Assembly (NCBI GenBank): GCA_041664465.1
Contig: JBAYKP010000002.1
Coordinates: forward strand, 21,190-85,189
Source: Minisyncoccota bacterium
GTDB lineage: Bacteria > Patescibacteriota > Minisyncoccia > Phycocordibacterales > UBA9973
DNA: 64,000 nucleotides
Reading direction: 5' to 3'
A program made the translations under genes and the position numbers. Under the pieces are notes generated by a model. It was not told the origin of the DNA and made no database searches. It saw nothing but the letters and a program-made list of their open reading frames with translations. Numbering within the stretch: position 1 is the stretch's first letter; every line of letters begins with the position of its first letter. Shown in pieces: positions 18,401 through 27,847 of this stretch.

Positions 18401-20170
18401 ATGGATTATAAACCAGAAAATAGAATATGTCAGAATTGTAAGAAAGACTTCACTATTGAGCCAGACGATTTTTCATTTTATGAGAAGATGAAAGTCCCTC
18501 CGCCAACTTGGTGTCCTGAATGTCGTTTTCAAAGAAGGTGTCTTTTCCGTAACGAAAGAAAACTTTTCCGAAATATAGATGGAGTTACTGGTAAGCCAAT
18601 ATTTTCACTTTTTCCATTGGAGGCACATTTTCCAATTTATGAAGATAGTTATTGGGCAAGTGATAATTGGGACCCATTTTCTTATGGGATGGACTTTGAT
18701 AGGTCACGACCATTTTTAGCCCAACTCTTAGAGTTGAATTCAAAGGTACCACGTCCTCGCTCTGATGCTATAAATATGGTAAGAAGTGAATATTCTGCAA
18801 ATGCTGCAGACTTAAAAGATTGTTATTTGATTTTTAATTCAAGCTATACAGAAGATTCAGCATATGGAAATGCCAATGATTATTGCAAAAATTGCTTTGA
18901 TAATTCTCATATTCAAAATTCAGAGAAATGTTATGAATCATTTTGGCTTACTAAATGTTATGATACACATTTTTCTTCACAATGCGAGGATTGTGTTTCA
19001 GTTTGGTTTAGTAAAAATTGTCGTGGATGTACGGATTGTTTTGGCTGTGTAAACTTAACAAATAAATCTCATTGCTTTTTCAATCAATCTTTATCAAAAG
19101 AAGAATACAAAGAAAAGATAAAATCACTTGATTTTTCAAAATGGTCAAATCTCGAAAGAATAAAAAAACAAGTTGGAAAAATATGGTTGAATTTTCCTGT
19201 TAGATATCTTCAAGGTATTAAAAATTATTTATCTGATGGCGAATATGTTGCTTATTCAAAAAATGTTCGTCATAGCTACTTAGTTCGAGGGGGAGAAAAT
19301 CTTGCCTATGTGCAATATGTTCAAGTTCCATCATTAAAAGATTCTATGGATGTTATTGTGGGTGGTTGTAATAGTGAGTTAGTATATGAATCTTCAGCTT
19401 GTGGTTGGGATTCTTCACAAATTCGTTTTAGTATTGAGTGTTGGGACGGGGGAATGGATTTTGAATACAGTATGTTTTGTGGAAAGAAAGCCAGTCATAC
19501 ATTTGGTAGTATTAGTATTTGTAGTGGGGAATATGTTATTTTAAATAAAAGATATTCCAAAGAAGAATTTTATAAACTTAGAGATGAAATACGTAAGCAT
19601 ATGGATGAAATGCCATATATAGATAAAAATGGACGTATTTATAAATATGGCGAATTTCTTCCACCTGAGTTTTCCCCTTTTGCATACAACGATACGATAA
19701 CTCCGGAACATTTTCCTTTATCAAAAGAAGAAATAATCTCCTATGGTGCCAATTGGTATGAGATACCAAAAGTTGATTATGAAACAACAATGAAAGCCAA
19801 AGATATACAGGATGATATAAATGATGTATCGGAAGGTATTTTAAAAGAGATTATTTCTTGTGATAAATGTAATCGTGCTTATAGAATAATTCCTTCCGAA
19901 TTACAATTTTTAAAACAAAACCATATTCCAGTTCCTCGTAGTTGTGTGAATTGTCGTCATGATTTACGTATTTCACAAAGAAATAAAAGTAAACTGTATA
20001 AAAGAAAATGTAATTGTAATGGGAACAATTCAACAAATAATAAATATAAAAATGAAATCAGACATTCCCATGACACCGAAGCTTGCCAAAACGAATTTGA
20101 AACATCTTACTCCCCAGATAGACCAGAGATAGTGTATTGCGAAAAGTGCTATCAGCAAGAAATTTATTGA
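18401..20170 (+). CDS. Cysteine-rich paralog 2 (589 aa), same unknown family
   Basis: Conserved N-terminal, central and C-terminal blocks with 16614 and 29308. Confidence 0.7.
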   Translation: MDYKPENRICQNCKKDFTIEPDDFSFYEKMKVPPPTWCPECRFQRRCLFRNERKLFRNIDGVTGKPIFSLFPLEAHFPIYEDSYWASDNWDPFSYGMDFDRSRPFLAQLLELNSKVPRPRSDAINMVRSEYSANAADLKDCYLIFNSSYTEDSAYGNANDYCKNCFDNSHIQNSEKCYESFWLTKCYDTHFSSQCEDCVSVWFSKNCRGCTDCFGCVNLTNKSHCFFNQSLSKEEYKEKIKSLDFSKWSNLERIKKQVGKIWLNFPVRYLQGIKNYLSDGEYVAYSKNVRHSYLVRGGENLAYVQYVQVPSLKDSMDVIVGGCNSELVYESSACGWDSSQIRFSIECWDGGMDFEYSMFCGKKASHTFGSISICSGEYVILNKRYSKEEFYKLRDEIRKHMDEMPYIDKNGRIYKYGEFLPPEFSPFAYNDTITPEHFPLSKEEIISYGANWYEIPKVDYETTMKAKDIQDDINDVSEGILKEIISCDKCNRAYRIIPSELQFLKQNHIPVPRSCVNCRHDLRISQRNKSKLYKRKCNCNGNNSTNNKYKNEIRHSHDTEACQNEFETSYSPDRPEIVYCEKCYQQEIY

Positions 20171-20259
20171 TTGTTTGATTATATTGAGGTTTTGGGCTAG
20201 TATTGAAATATATGGCACCCCGAAGGAAAGATTACTTCCTACGGGGCAAGGTTATAAAT

Positions 20260-21024
20260 ATGAATATCATTATAAAGACAAAAGAACAAATAGAGATTAT
20301 ACGAGAAGGGGGGAAGATTTTGGCGGAGGTATTGAAGAAGGTGGCTAAAAAAGTATCTCCGGGGATTTCGACATACGAACTTGATAAATATGCGTACGAT
20401 TTGATAAAAGAGAAGAGTGGAATCCCAGCATTTTTGAATTACAGGCCAGAAGGTGCACCGAAAGCTTTTCCTGCTTCTATATGTATATCAGTGAATAATG
20501 AAGTTGTTCATGGTATTCCTAGTAAGAATAAAATTTTGAAAGAAGGAGATATTGTCTCTCTTGATTTAGGACTCAAATACAAAGGGCTCTTCACTGACCA
20601 TGCTGTGACTGTGCCCGTGGGGAAGATTTCAAAGAAGGACCAGGATTTGCTCGATAAGACGAAGAAAGCCCTAGAAATAGGCATTTGGGCAGCTCGTGGA
20701 GGGGCTACAGTGGGTGACGTTGGTCACGCCATAGAATCATTTGTGAATAGGAAATATGGCATAGTTCGCGAGCTTTCAGGGCATGGTGTAGGGGTGAAAA
20801 TTCACGAAGATCCATATGTGCCGAACTATGGTAAAGCTGGTAAAGGGCAGAAATTAATTCCAGGAATGATTATAGCCATTGAGCCAATGCTAAATATTGG
20901 AAAGGACAATATAACTGTTGCCAATGATGATTGGACTATTAAAACAGCCGATGGCTCTCATTCTGCTCATTTTGAGCATACGATTCTCATTACCGAAGGT
21001 GACGCGGAAATATTAACTAAGTAA
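20260..21024 (+). CDS. map: Methionine aminopeptidase type I
   Basis: Metal-ligand pattern (D..D..H..E..E) and typical MAP-I sequence. The ORF-track start at 20203 adds 19 non-conserved residues. Confidence 0.88.
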   Translation: MNIIIKTKEQIEIIREGGKILAEVLKKVAKKVSPGISTYELDKYAYDLIKEKSGIPAFLNYRPEGAPKAFPASICISVNNEVVHGIPSKNKILKEGDIVSLDLGLKYKGLFTDHAVTVPVGKISKKDQDLLDKTKKALEIGIWAARGGATVGDVGHAIESFVNRKYGIVRELSGHGVGVKIHEDPYVPNYGKAGKGQKLIPGMIIAIEPMLNIGKDNITVANDDWTIKTADGSHSAHFEHTILITEGDAEILTK

Positions 21025-21146
21025 AAACACTCCATAAAAACATTCTCAGACTCACCACACAATAAAATTCTGCTGAATTTTTTGCTCGCACTCGGCCCGT
21101 CGGCCTGCGTGAGGGTTCGCTTGAGAACATTTTTTATTTCGTGTTT
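21023..21146 (+). repeat. Palindromic repeat element copy A (about 124 bp, starts inside the map stop codon)
   Basis: About 97% identical to 61522-61644. The core matches 31957-32040 and 48461-48542. Terminal arms aaaaacattctcagactcacc / ggttcgcttgagaacattttt are inverted repeats. Confidence 0.8.
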
Positions 21147-21180
21147 AATTAGCCCATATAGATTTTTTAGAATAGTCTCT

Positions 21181-21260
21181 GAGAAGGGGCCGGCGCAGGC
21201 TGTCGAGCCGAGCAATGAGCAAATTTCTAGCAAGAAATTATGTGATTCACCAGAATCACC
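21181..21260 (-). repeat. Diverged inverted copy A' of the same repeat core (head-to-head with copy A)
   Basis: The reverse complement contains tgctcggctcgacagcctg, identical to the copy C core, and a homologous cacataatttcttgctagaaattt segment. Confidence 0.6.
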
Positions 21261-21337
21261 TAAGGGCAGAAATATTCAGGAGAGCTATTCAAAAAATCTA
21301 GATACCAACATTTATAGATCATTTTTTCTTTTTCTTG

Positions 21338-21346
21338 TGGTATAAT
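21338..21346 (+). promoter_or_regulatory. Extended -10 (tggtataat) 6 nt upstream of the ATG at 21353
   Basis: Motif and spacing. Confidence 0.45.
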
Positions 21347-21352
21347 AAAACT

Positions 21353-24085
21353 ATGGAAGGATTAAATCTAAACAATGCTCCTAAATTTAAAACCCCAGAA
21401 GAAGAGTTGGTATTTTTGCGTGCTCACTTGGCTGAACATGAGAAGAAACTCAATGAAAAAGGGCAAGAAGTAAACAAAGAAGATATTGCTCACAATTTAA
21501 TCTCTGAATATAGAAAGCTTGAGCCGACAGATGTAATGCATAAAAGTGCCGTGATAAATAAAAATGAAGCTGAAGGCTTAGTCTTGCGATTAAAGCCTGA
21601 GAATCACGACAGTAAAATGGAAGAGCTTCTCGGTATTCTCTTGGATAAAGGTATTTCCAATACTCTTTCCATTGTGGCGAAGATGAATAATCCTCACCTA
21701 GATGATGACTTTCACCGTTTCCTTGTCCAGTATTTATACAGTACTCATAAAGTGCCGGGGCTTAAAGAAGGCACTCCTCTTTTCAAATCTCTTGATATGA
21801 AACTTTTCGAAATTACTCTGCCTGATGTCAGCGAAGATGATAAAGACAAGAAAGGTTTGAAAGAATTACTCTCTGCCATGGAGCAATTCTATGCTGGTAT
21901 GCATTCAGTCGGAGAAGGAAGAGAGAATTATAATAGAAATCATTTTACTTTAGAGATTGCCCTCGCTGAAGGGACGGACAGCTTCATCTTTTATGTCGCA
22001 GTACCTACTCACAAGGCAGAATTATTTGAAAAGCAATTACTTGGAGTTCATTTAAATGCGAAAATTACAGAAGTTCCTGATGATTATAATATTTTCTCTC
22101 CCAATGCATTTATCAGTGCCTCTTATGCAACCTTGGCTCATCACGAAGTCTATCCGATAAAGCTCTATGATACGATTGATCATGATCCACTCAATATAAT
22201 TCTAAATGTTTTCACTAAATTAAAAAAGCATGGAGAAGGTGCTTCTATTCAGTTCACTATTTGTCCGGAAGATGAAGATATTATCAGGAAGTTTCATATT
22301 ATCCATTCGGATGTGAAAAGTGGTATGTCTGTACGTACCGCTTCGAGTATGACTCGCCAAGTGACCAAGGAATTGAAAAATATAGCCAGCGAATTATTCT
22401 TCGGAGCTTCTAAAAAGAAAGAAGAGAAGCAAGTGAATGATAAAGCTGTGGAATATATTGGAGAGAAGTTGAAGAGTACCATAATGGCTACCAATATTCG
22501 TATCATCGCTTCAGCTGAATCGCAATTACGCTCAGAGCAAATATTATCTGAAATAGAATCTTCTTTCAATCAATTCACCGAAGCCGATCGCAATGGGTTT
22601 AACTTTAATCATCCTAAGGGGGGCTCACTTATGAATCTCATTCACGATTTTTCTTATAGAACATTTTCAGATGATTATTCTATGCCACTTAATCTTAAGG
22701 AGCTTGCTACTATTTTCCACTTTCCGAATAGCATTGTATCTTCACAGCTCAAGCAGGCTAAGGCCGGCTTTGCCCCAGCCCCACTTGAAATGGGCAATGA
22801 AGGAATTCTACTTGGTATCAATAGTTTCAGGGGCAAAGATACAGAGGTACGAATGAGTCGCGAAGACAGACTCCGTCATATGTATGTCATTGGTCAGACG
22901 GGTACAGGTAAGACGACAATATTGAAAAATATGATTGCCCAAGATATCAAGAATGGCGATGGCTGTTGCTTTATCGATCCACACGGTAGTGATATCCAGG
23001 ATATACTTTCTTATGTGCCCAAAGAAAGAATTGACGATGTCATTTACTTTGACCCTGCTTATACTGCTCGTCCGATGGGGCTTAATATGCTCGAGTATGA
23101 TCCGAAATATCCCGAGCAGAAGACTTTCGTCGTGAACGAATTGATGAGTATTTTCAATAAACTTTTTACGAAAGAATCTATGGGCCCTATGTTTGAGCAA
23201 TATTTTAAGAATAGTGCCTTCCTGGCAATGGATGATCCGAACAATCATGCCACTCTTCTAGACATCACTCGCATCTTAGGCAATAAAGAGTATAGAGATT
23301 CACTTTGTGAAAAATGTAAGAATCCTATTATCAAAGAATTTTGGGTTAATGCTGAGAAAACAACAGGGGACCAATCCATCGCCAACTTTGTACCATATAT
23401 TTCATCCAAATTTGATAACTTTATTTCCAACGATATAATGCGCCCTGTTGTTCTCCAAGAAAAATCTTCATTTAACTTCCGTGAAATAATGGACAATAAA
23501 AAGATTCTTCTGATAAACCTTTCAAAGGGAAGACTTGGAGATATCAATGCTAATCTCATTGGGCTTCTACTTGTGGGGAAGATTCAGATGGCAGCACTTT
23601 CTCGTGTAGATATGTATGGGCAAAAGATGAATGACTTCTATCTTTATATTGATGAATTCCAGAATGTGACGACTGATTCTATTGCCTCTATTCTTTCTGA
23701 GGCACGTAAGTATCGCTTGTCCTTAACTGTTGCTCACCAATATATTTCTCAGCTAGAAGAAAAAATAAAGGATGCTGTCTTCGGCAACGTCGGCTCGATG
23801 GCTGTCTATCGTATCAGCTCTGAAGATGCAGTCGCCGTAGAACCGAAATTCAAACCAACTTTCACCGCAGCGGATATTATGAAGCTTGATAATTTCAATT
23901 CATATGTGAGTATGCTTATAGGTGGAGTACCGACGAAGCCTTTCAGTATGACTTCCCATTGGAGTCTCACTCCCAAAGGCAACACTGAGATAGTAGATAA
24001 AATAAAAGAATTATCATATCTCAAATACGGCCGTCTCCGCGAAGAGGTAGAAGAGGAAATAATGAATAAATACAGAAAAGAATAA
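21353..24085 (+). CDS. VirB4/VirD4-superfamily (type IV secretion-type) P-loop ATPase with a roughly 480 aa N-terminal domain of unknown function
   Basis: Walker A GQTGTGKTT followed by IDPHGS, Walker B LYIDEF and a C-terminal AHQYISQL motif, all typical of TraC/VirB4/TraG-like ATPases. No N-terminal TM segment. The ORF-track TTG start at 21335 is replaced by the ATG at 21353. Confidence 0.55.
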   Translation: MEGLNLNNAPKFKTPEEELVFLRAHLAEHEKKLNEKGQEVNKEDIAHNLISEYRKLEPTDVMHKSAVINKNEAEGLVLRLKPENHDSKMEELLGILLDKGISNTLSIVAKMNNPHLDDDFHRFLVQYLYSTHKVPGLKEGTPLFKSLDMKLFEITLPDVSEDDKDKKGLKELLSAMEQFYAGMHSVGEGRENYNRNHFTLEIALAEGTDSFIFYVAVPTHKAELFEKQLLGVHLNAKITEVPDDYNIFSPNAFISASYATLAHHEVYPIKLYDTIDHDPLNIILNVFTKLKKHGEGASIQFTICPEDEDIIRKFHIIHSDVKSGMSVRTASSMTRQVTKELKNIASELFFGASKKKEEKQVNDKAVEYIGEKLKSTIMATNIRIIASAESQLRSEQILSEIESSFNQFTEADRNGFNFNHPKGGSLMNLIHDFSYRTFSDDYSMPLNLKELATIFHFPNSIVSSQLKQAKAGFAPAPLEMGNEGILLGINSFRGKDTEVRMSREDRLRHMYVIGQTGTGKTTILKNMIAQDIKNGDGCCFIDPHGSDIQDILSYVPKERIDDVIYFDPAYTARPMGLNMLEYDPKYPEQKTFVVNELMSIFNKLFTKESMGPMFEQYFKNSAFLAMDDPNNHATLLDITRILGNKEYRDSLCEKCKNPIIKEFWVNAEKTTGDQSIANFVPYISSKFDNFISNDIMRPVVLQEKSSFNFREIMDNKKILLINLSKGRLGDINANLIGLLLVGKIQMAALSRVDMYGQKMNDFYLYIDEFQNVTTDSIASILSEARKYRLSLTVAHQYISQLEEKIKDAVFGNVGSMAVYRISSEDAVAVEPKFKPTFTAADIMKLDNFNSYVSMLIGGVPTKPFSMTSHWSLTPKGNTEIVDKIKELSYLKYGRLREEVEEEIMNKYRKE

Positions 24086-24155
24086 AATTTTGCATTTGTT
24101 TTATTAGATTAAATCTGCTATTATGCTAGTAATTTATTAGATTATTTTTTTATAT

Positions 24156-24740
24156 ATGAAACATCCAAAAGAAGAAAGAACATACGTGATGATTAAGCCT
24201 GATGGGGTCAGAAAGGGTTTAATTGGAGAGGTTATTAAGCGTTTTGAGCAACGTGATTTGAAAATTGTGGCTCTTGAAATGTCTCAACCATTATACGACC
24301 AAATGGATAATCACTATCCTAAAAAAGAAGAATGGGTTACTCGTTTGGGAGAAAAAACTAAAAATACATACGAAAAATATGGATATGATTTATTTGCAGA
24401 TTTTGGGACAGATGATACTTCAAAGATTGGACCAGAAGTTCGCAAATGGGTTATTGATTTTATGATGAGTGCTCCCGTTGTGAAGATGATTGTTCAAGGG
24501 ATACACGCTGTTGACGTAGTTCGTAAAATTGCCGGTGATACAATGCCTTACAAAGCCGATATGGGTACGCTTCGTGGAGATTTCTCAATAGACTCTCCTG
24601 CACTTGCAAACAAAGAAAAAAGAGCAGTTATGAATATAGTTCATTGTTCTGAGACACCAGAAGAAGCCGAGCACGAGATAAAGCACTGGTTTGGGGATTC
24701 TGTGATTTATAATTATAAACGTTTTGGAGTAGACGAATAG
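24156..24740 (+). CDS. ndk: Nucleoside diphosphate kinase (long form with about 50 aa insertion)
   Basis: TYVMIKPDGV ... RGDF ... NIVHCSE, with an active-site His. Confidence 0.8.
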   Translation: MKHPKEERTYVMIKPDGVRKGLIGEVIKRFEQRDLKIVALEMSQPLYDQMDNHYPKKEEWVTRLGEKTKNTYEKYGYDLFADFGTDDTSKIGPEVRKWVIDFMMSAPVVKMIVQGIHAVDVVRKIAGDTMPYKADMGTLRGDFSIDSPALANKEKRAVMNIVHCSETPEEAEHEIKHWFGDSVIYNYKRFGVDE

Positions 24741-24747
24741 TTTCCTA

Positions 24748-24775
24748 ATAAAATCCCTTAAAAAGGGATTTTATG
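24748..24775 (+). terminator. Terminator (aaatccctt-aaaa-agggattt + T-run)
   Basis: Read directly. Confidence 0.6.
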
Positions 24776-24794
24776 TTATATTGAAAACATCAGT

Positions 24795-25445
24795 ATGAAA
24801 AATATTATAGATATATACAAAGAATATAAAATAATGCCGAATTTAGCGGTACATCAGTTTCGAGTAGCGGCTGTGGCTTGGCAAATTTGCGAATCTTTCA
24901 ACATAGATGTAGATAAGGATAGTATTGTCAAAGCCTGTCTTCTTCATGATATGGGTAATATCATTAAGTTTAATTTAATTCAGACACAAGCACTTTTTGG
25001 ATTATCCGATTTAGAAATACAAGATGCAATTATAGTACAAAATGAATTTATTCAAAAATATGGTAAGAGCGAACATGAAGCCACTGTGCTTATAGGCAGA
25101 GAGCTTGGTGTTTCTTCATATGTTTTAGAACTTATAGATTGTGTTGATTCATCTAACTTGGAAATTTTAGCAATGAAAGATGATTTTAATAAGAAAATTT
25201 GTATGTATGCAGATGGCAGGGTGACTCCACACGGAGTAGTCTCTATAAATGAGAGAAGTAGAGAAGCCAAAGAAAGATATCAGAATCATCCTAATAAATT
25301 TGATGAAGAAAGTAGATTACATTTCAACAAAAATTTAGGCAGAATGGAGCAGCAGATCTTTTCTCATTCAAAAATTAAACCCGAAGACATAAATGATGAA
25401 TCTATAAAAAATTATTTAGAAAAATTGCAAAATTATTCAATTTAG
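24795..25445 (+). CDS. HD-domain phosphohydrolase
   Basis: H ... LLHDMGN metal-binding motifs. Confidence 0.55.
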   Translation: MKNIIDIYKEYKIMPNLAVHQFRVAAVAWQICESFNIDVDKDSIVKACLLHDMGNIIKFNLIQTQALFGLSDLEIQDAIIVQNEFIQKYGKSEHEATVLIGRELGVSSYVLELIDCVDSSNLEILAMKDDFNKKICMYADGRVTPHGVVSINERSREAKERYQNHPNKFDEESRLHFNKNLGRMEQQIFSHSKIKPEDINDESIKNYLEKLQNYSI

Positions 25446-25726
25446 ATTAAGTATCTTTATTGAAATACTGTCAAAAGTGTGTTTTATTGGGAAAGTTGCT
25501 TGCTTTGGCCTCACTAACGCGTATACTTTAAGTAGGGTTATTTGAATTGTGTTACCTAGAACAATTTTTTAGGGGATTAAATAGTTTTGATATAGTGCTG
25601 TATACGTATTATGTTAACAAATCTCTATCATCCTTAATCCCACTTAGCGTTATGCTATGGTAATATACTTCGGATAGTCCTAATAAGAGATTCTTTCATA
25701 CTTTTGAAAGGATTTTTTGTTTTGAA

Positions 25727-25817
25727 TTCCTCCCCTCCTTACTAAGGAGGGGAATGAGGGGAGGTTCTTAATTAATTTACCTCTCCCCAGCCCTCCCCTT
25801 AGTAAGGGGAGGGGGAA
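25727..25817. other. GC-rich nested hairpins (cctcccctcc-ttactaa-ggagggg ...; ccctcccc-ttagtaa-ggggaggg) in an AT-rich spacer
   Basis: Read directly. Similar CCTCCCC/GGGGAGG hairpins occur at 2097-2116. Confidence 0.35.
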
Positions 25818-25859
25818 AATTCCATTTTAGTTTTTTATTATGTTATAATAAAAATATAT

Positions 25860-27230
25860 ATGGAGAATGATACGAAACTGAAAGTTACATTTTGTTCTGG
25901 CGCTGGGACTGTTACAGGTGCCAACTTTTTAATAGAGGGTAATGGCAAGAAATTCTTAGTAGATTGCGGGCTTATCCAAGGAGAAAAAGTGGCAGATGAT
26001 ATCAACTGGGAGAAATTTCCTTATGAAGCATCTTCCATAGATATTCTATTTATCACTCACGGGCATATAGATCATATTGGCAGAATCCCGAAGCTTATCG
26101 CTGAAGGTTTCAATGGCAAGATTATATCTACCATTCCCACGAAAGAGATTACAGAAGTAATGCTTGCGGACACAGCGCATTTACTTTCTCGTGATACGGA
26201 TCACAATTTGGCAGAGATTTATTCAGAAGAGAATATTAATAAAGCAATCGGTCTATGGGAGACTCTTGAATATGGGCAGAAGCTCAATGTGGATCACGGC
26301 TTTCAATTTTCTTATAAAGATTCAGGCCACATATTAGGGTCTGGGATGCTTGAGATTATCTATAATAACAAGAAAATTATTTTCACTGGTGACTTGGGGA
26401 ATTCACCTTCACCACTTCTTCGTGATACAGAGAAGATAGCCAATGTGGATTATCTTTTTATGGAATCTTGCTATGGAGATAGGAATCATGAAGATCGTGA
26501 TACAAGGAAAAATAAATTACAAGAAATTATTAAAGAAAATTATGAAAGAAAGGGTACTCTTATTATCCCGACTTTTTCTTTGGAACGTACACAAGAATTA
26601 CTTTATGAGATAGATACTTTGATTGAGAATAAATTAATTCCACAGATGCCCATATTCCTTGACTCACCACTCGCCATAAAGCTCACGGCCATTTATCGCA
26701 AATATGAGAAATATTTCAATCCGACAGCTTTGAAAATTATAAAAGGTGGAGATGACATTTTTAATTTCCTTGGACTTAGGATGACGAATGAGACCGAAGA
26801 ATCGAAAGCAATATTAAATGTCCCAGATCCCAAGATTATTATGGCAGGTAGCGGGATGAGTAATGGAGGCAGAATCCTTCATCATGAGAAGAATTATCTT
26901 CCACATGCCAATAATACTATTCTACTTATTGGATATCAGTCCGTGGGGACATTGGGTCGCTCTATAGAGAATGGAGTGAAAGATGTCCGTATTATGGGAG
27001 AGGATATACATATTAAAGCTCATTTAGAAATGATAAGTGGCTATTCTGGGCATAAAGATTCCGACCATCTTGTGGAATTCGTAGAAGAGACTGCCAATAC
27101 GGTCAAAAAGGTATTTTTACTTATGGGAGAACCCAAGGCTTCAATGTTCTTGGCTCAGAAGCTAACAGATAATTTAGGTATAGATGCTTATACACCAACA
27201 AGTGGGGAATCTGTCGAAATAGAGTGCTAA
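25860..27230 (+). CDS. Metallo-beta-lactamase / beta-CASP family ribonuclease (RNase J-like)
   Basis: HGHIDHIG (HxHxDH) motif, 456 aa, beta-CASP-like C-terminus. Confidence 0.6.
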   Translation: MENDTKLKVTFCSGAGTVTGANFLIEGNGKKFLVDCGLIQGEKVADDINWEKFPYEASSIDILFITHGHIDHIGRIPKLIAEGFNGKIISTIPTKEITEVMLADTAHLLSRDTDHNLAEIYSEENINKAIGLWETLEYGQKLNVDHGFQFSYKDSGHILGSGMLEIIYNNKKIIFTGDLGNSPSPLLRDTEKIANVDYLFMESCYGDRNHEDRDTRKNKLQEIIKENYERKGTLIIPTFSLERTQELLYEIDTLIENKLIPQMPIFLDSPLAIKLTAIYRKYEKYFNPTALKIIKGGDDIFNFLGLRMTNETEESKAILNVPDPKIIMAGSGMSNGGRILHHEKNYLPHANNTILLIGYQSVGTLGRSIENGVKDVRIMGEDIHIKAHLEMISGYSGHKDSDHLVEFVEETANTVKKVFLLMGEPKASMFLAQKLTDNLGIDAYTPTSGESVEIEC

Positions 27231-27234
27231 ATAA

Positions 27235-27262
27235 AAAACCTTCACAATTGTGAAGGTTTTTT
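27235..27262. terminator. Bidirectional terminator (aaccttcacaa-ttgtgaaggtt flanked by A and T runs) between convergent genes
   Basis: Read directly. Confidence 0.7.
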
Positions 27263-27264
27263 AT

Positions 27265-27606
27265 TTATATGCTTTTTACGATTCTTGCGAATGTCTCAGG
27301 ATTATTTTGGGCGATATCTGATAGAATTTTGCGGTCTATATCAATCTTCTTTTTCTTAAGACCATCTATGAATCTACTGTATGATAATTCAAATGGTCTA
27401 ATAGCAGCATTGATACGTGTAGTCCAAAGGCTTCTTGCATCTGCCTTCTTATCCTTTCTGTGAGCGAATGAATATGCTCCTGCATGGCGTAATGCATCTT
27501 TAGCTTGGGCTTTCTTTGTACTACGACCAAAACGGAATCCTTTAGCTTGGGCTAGGATATTCTTTCTGTGTTTATTCTTTATTGTTCCTCTTTTAACTCT
27601 TGTCAT
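27265..27606 (-). CDS. rplT: 50S ribosomal protein L20
   Basis: MTRVKRGTIKNKHRKNIL ... typical L20. Confidence 0.95.
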   Translation of the reverse strand: MTRVKRGTIKNKHRKNILAQAKGFRFGRSTKKAQAKDALRHAGAYSFAHRKDKKADARSLWTTRINAAIRPFELSYSRFIDGLKKKKIDIDRKILSDIAQNNPETFARIVKSI

Positions 27607-27650
27607 ATATGTTTGTCCATAGGTCGGACCTATGGTCGATAATTTATAAT

Positions 27651-27842
27651 TTATGCGTTTGCTAAATAAGTTCGTCTATTTTTATTTGAAATTTTGAAAT
27701 TATTTGTTTTCTTACCAGCTAATTGCTTTGTACGTGATTGCTTGGCATTGAAGTGGTTGAATCCTGGTGCACGAGATAAGATTTTACCATTCTTTGTAAC
27801 CTTTAAACGCTTTGTTAATGATTTGTTTGTTTTTATACTCAT
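27651..27842 (-). CDS. rpmI: 50S ribosomal protein L35
   Basis: 63 aa, basic, typical L35. Confidence 0.88.
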   Translation of the reverse strand: MSIKTNKSLTKRLKVTKNGKILSRAPGFNHFNAKQSRTKQLAGKKTNNFKISNKNRRTYLANA

Positions 27843-27847
27843 AAAAT

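Noticed and set aside
20203-20259. N-terminal 19-codon extension of map
   Set aside because: Non-conserved residues. The conserved MAP fold begins at the internal ATG at 20260.
20967-21345. ORFs 20967-21233 (-) and 21082-21345 (+)
   Set aside because: They are open frames running through the repeat-element copies A and A', and they overlap each other.
25450-25859. RNase P RNA, SRP RNA or 6S RNA in the long spacer
   Set aside because: Looked for GGAAAGUCCGG / P4 motifs and the SRP GGUGCUGUUUACC ... AGCAG motif. None found. Left as an unassigned structured region.
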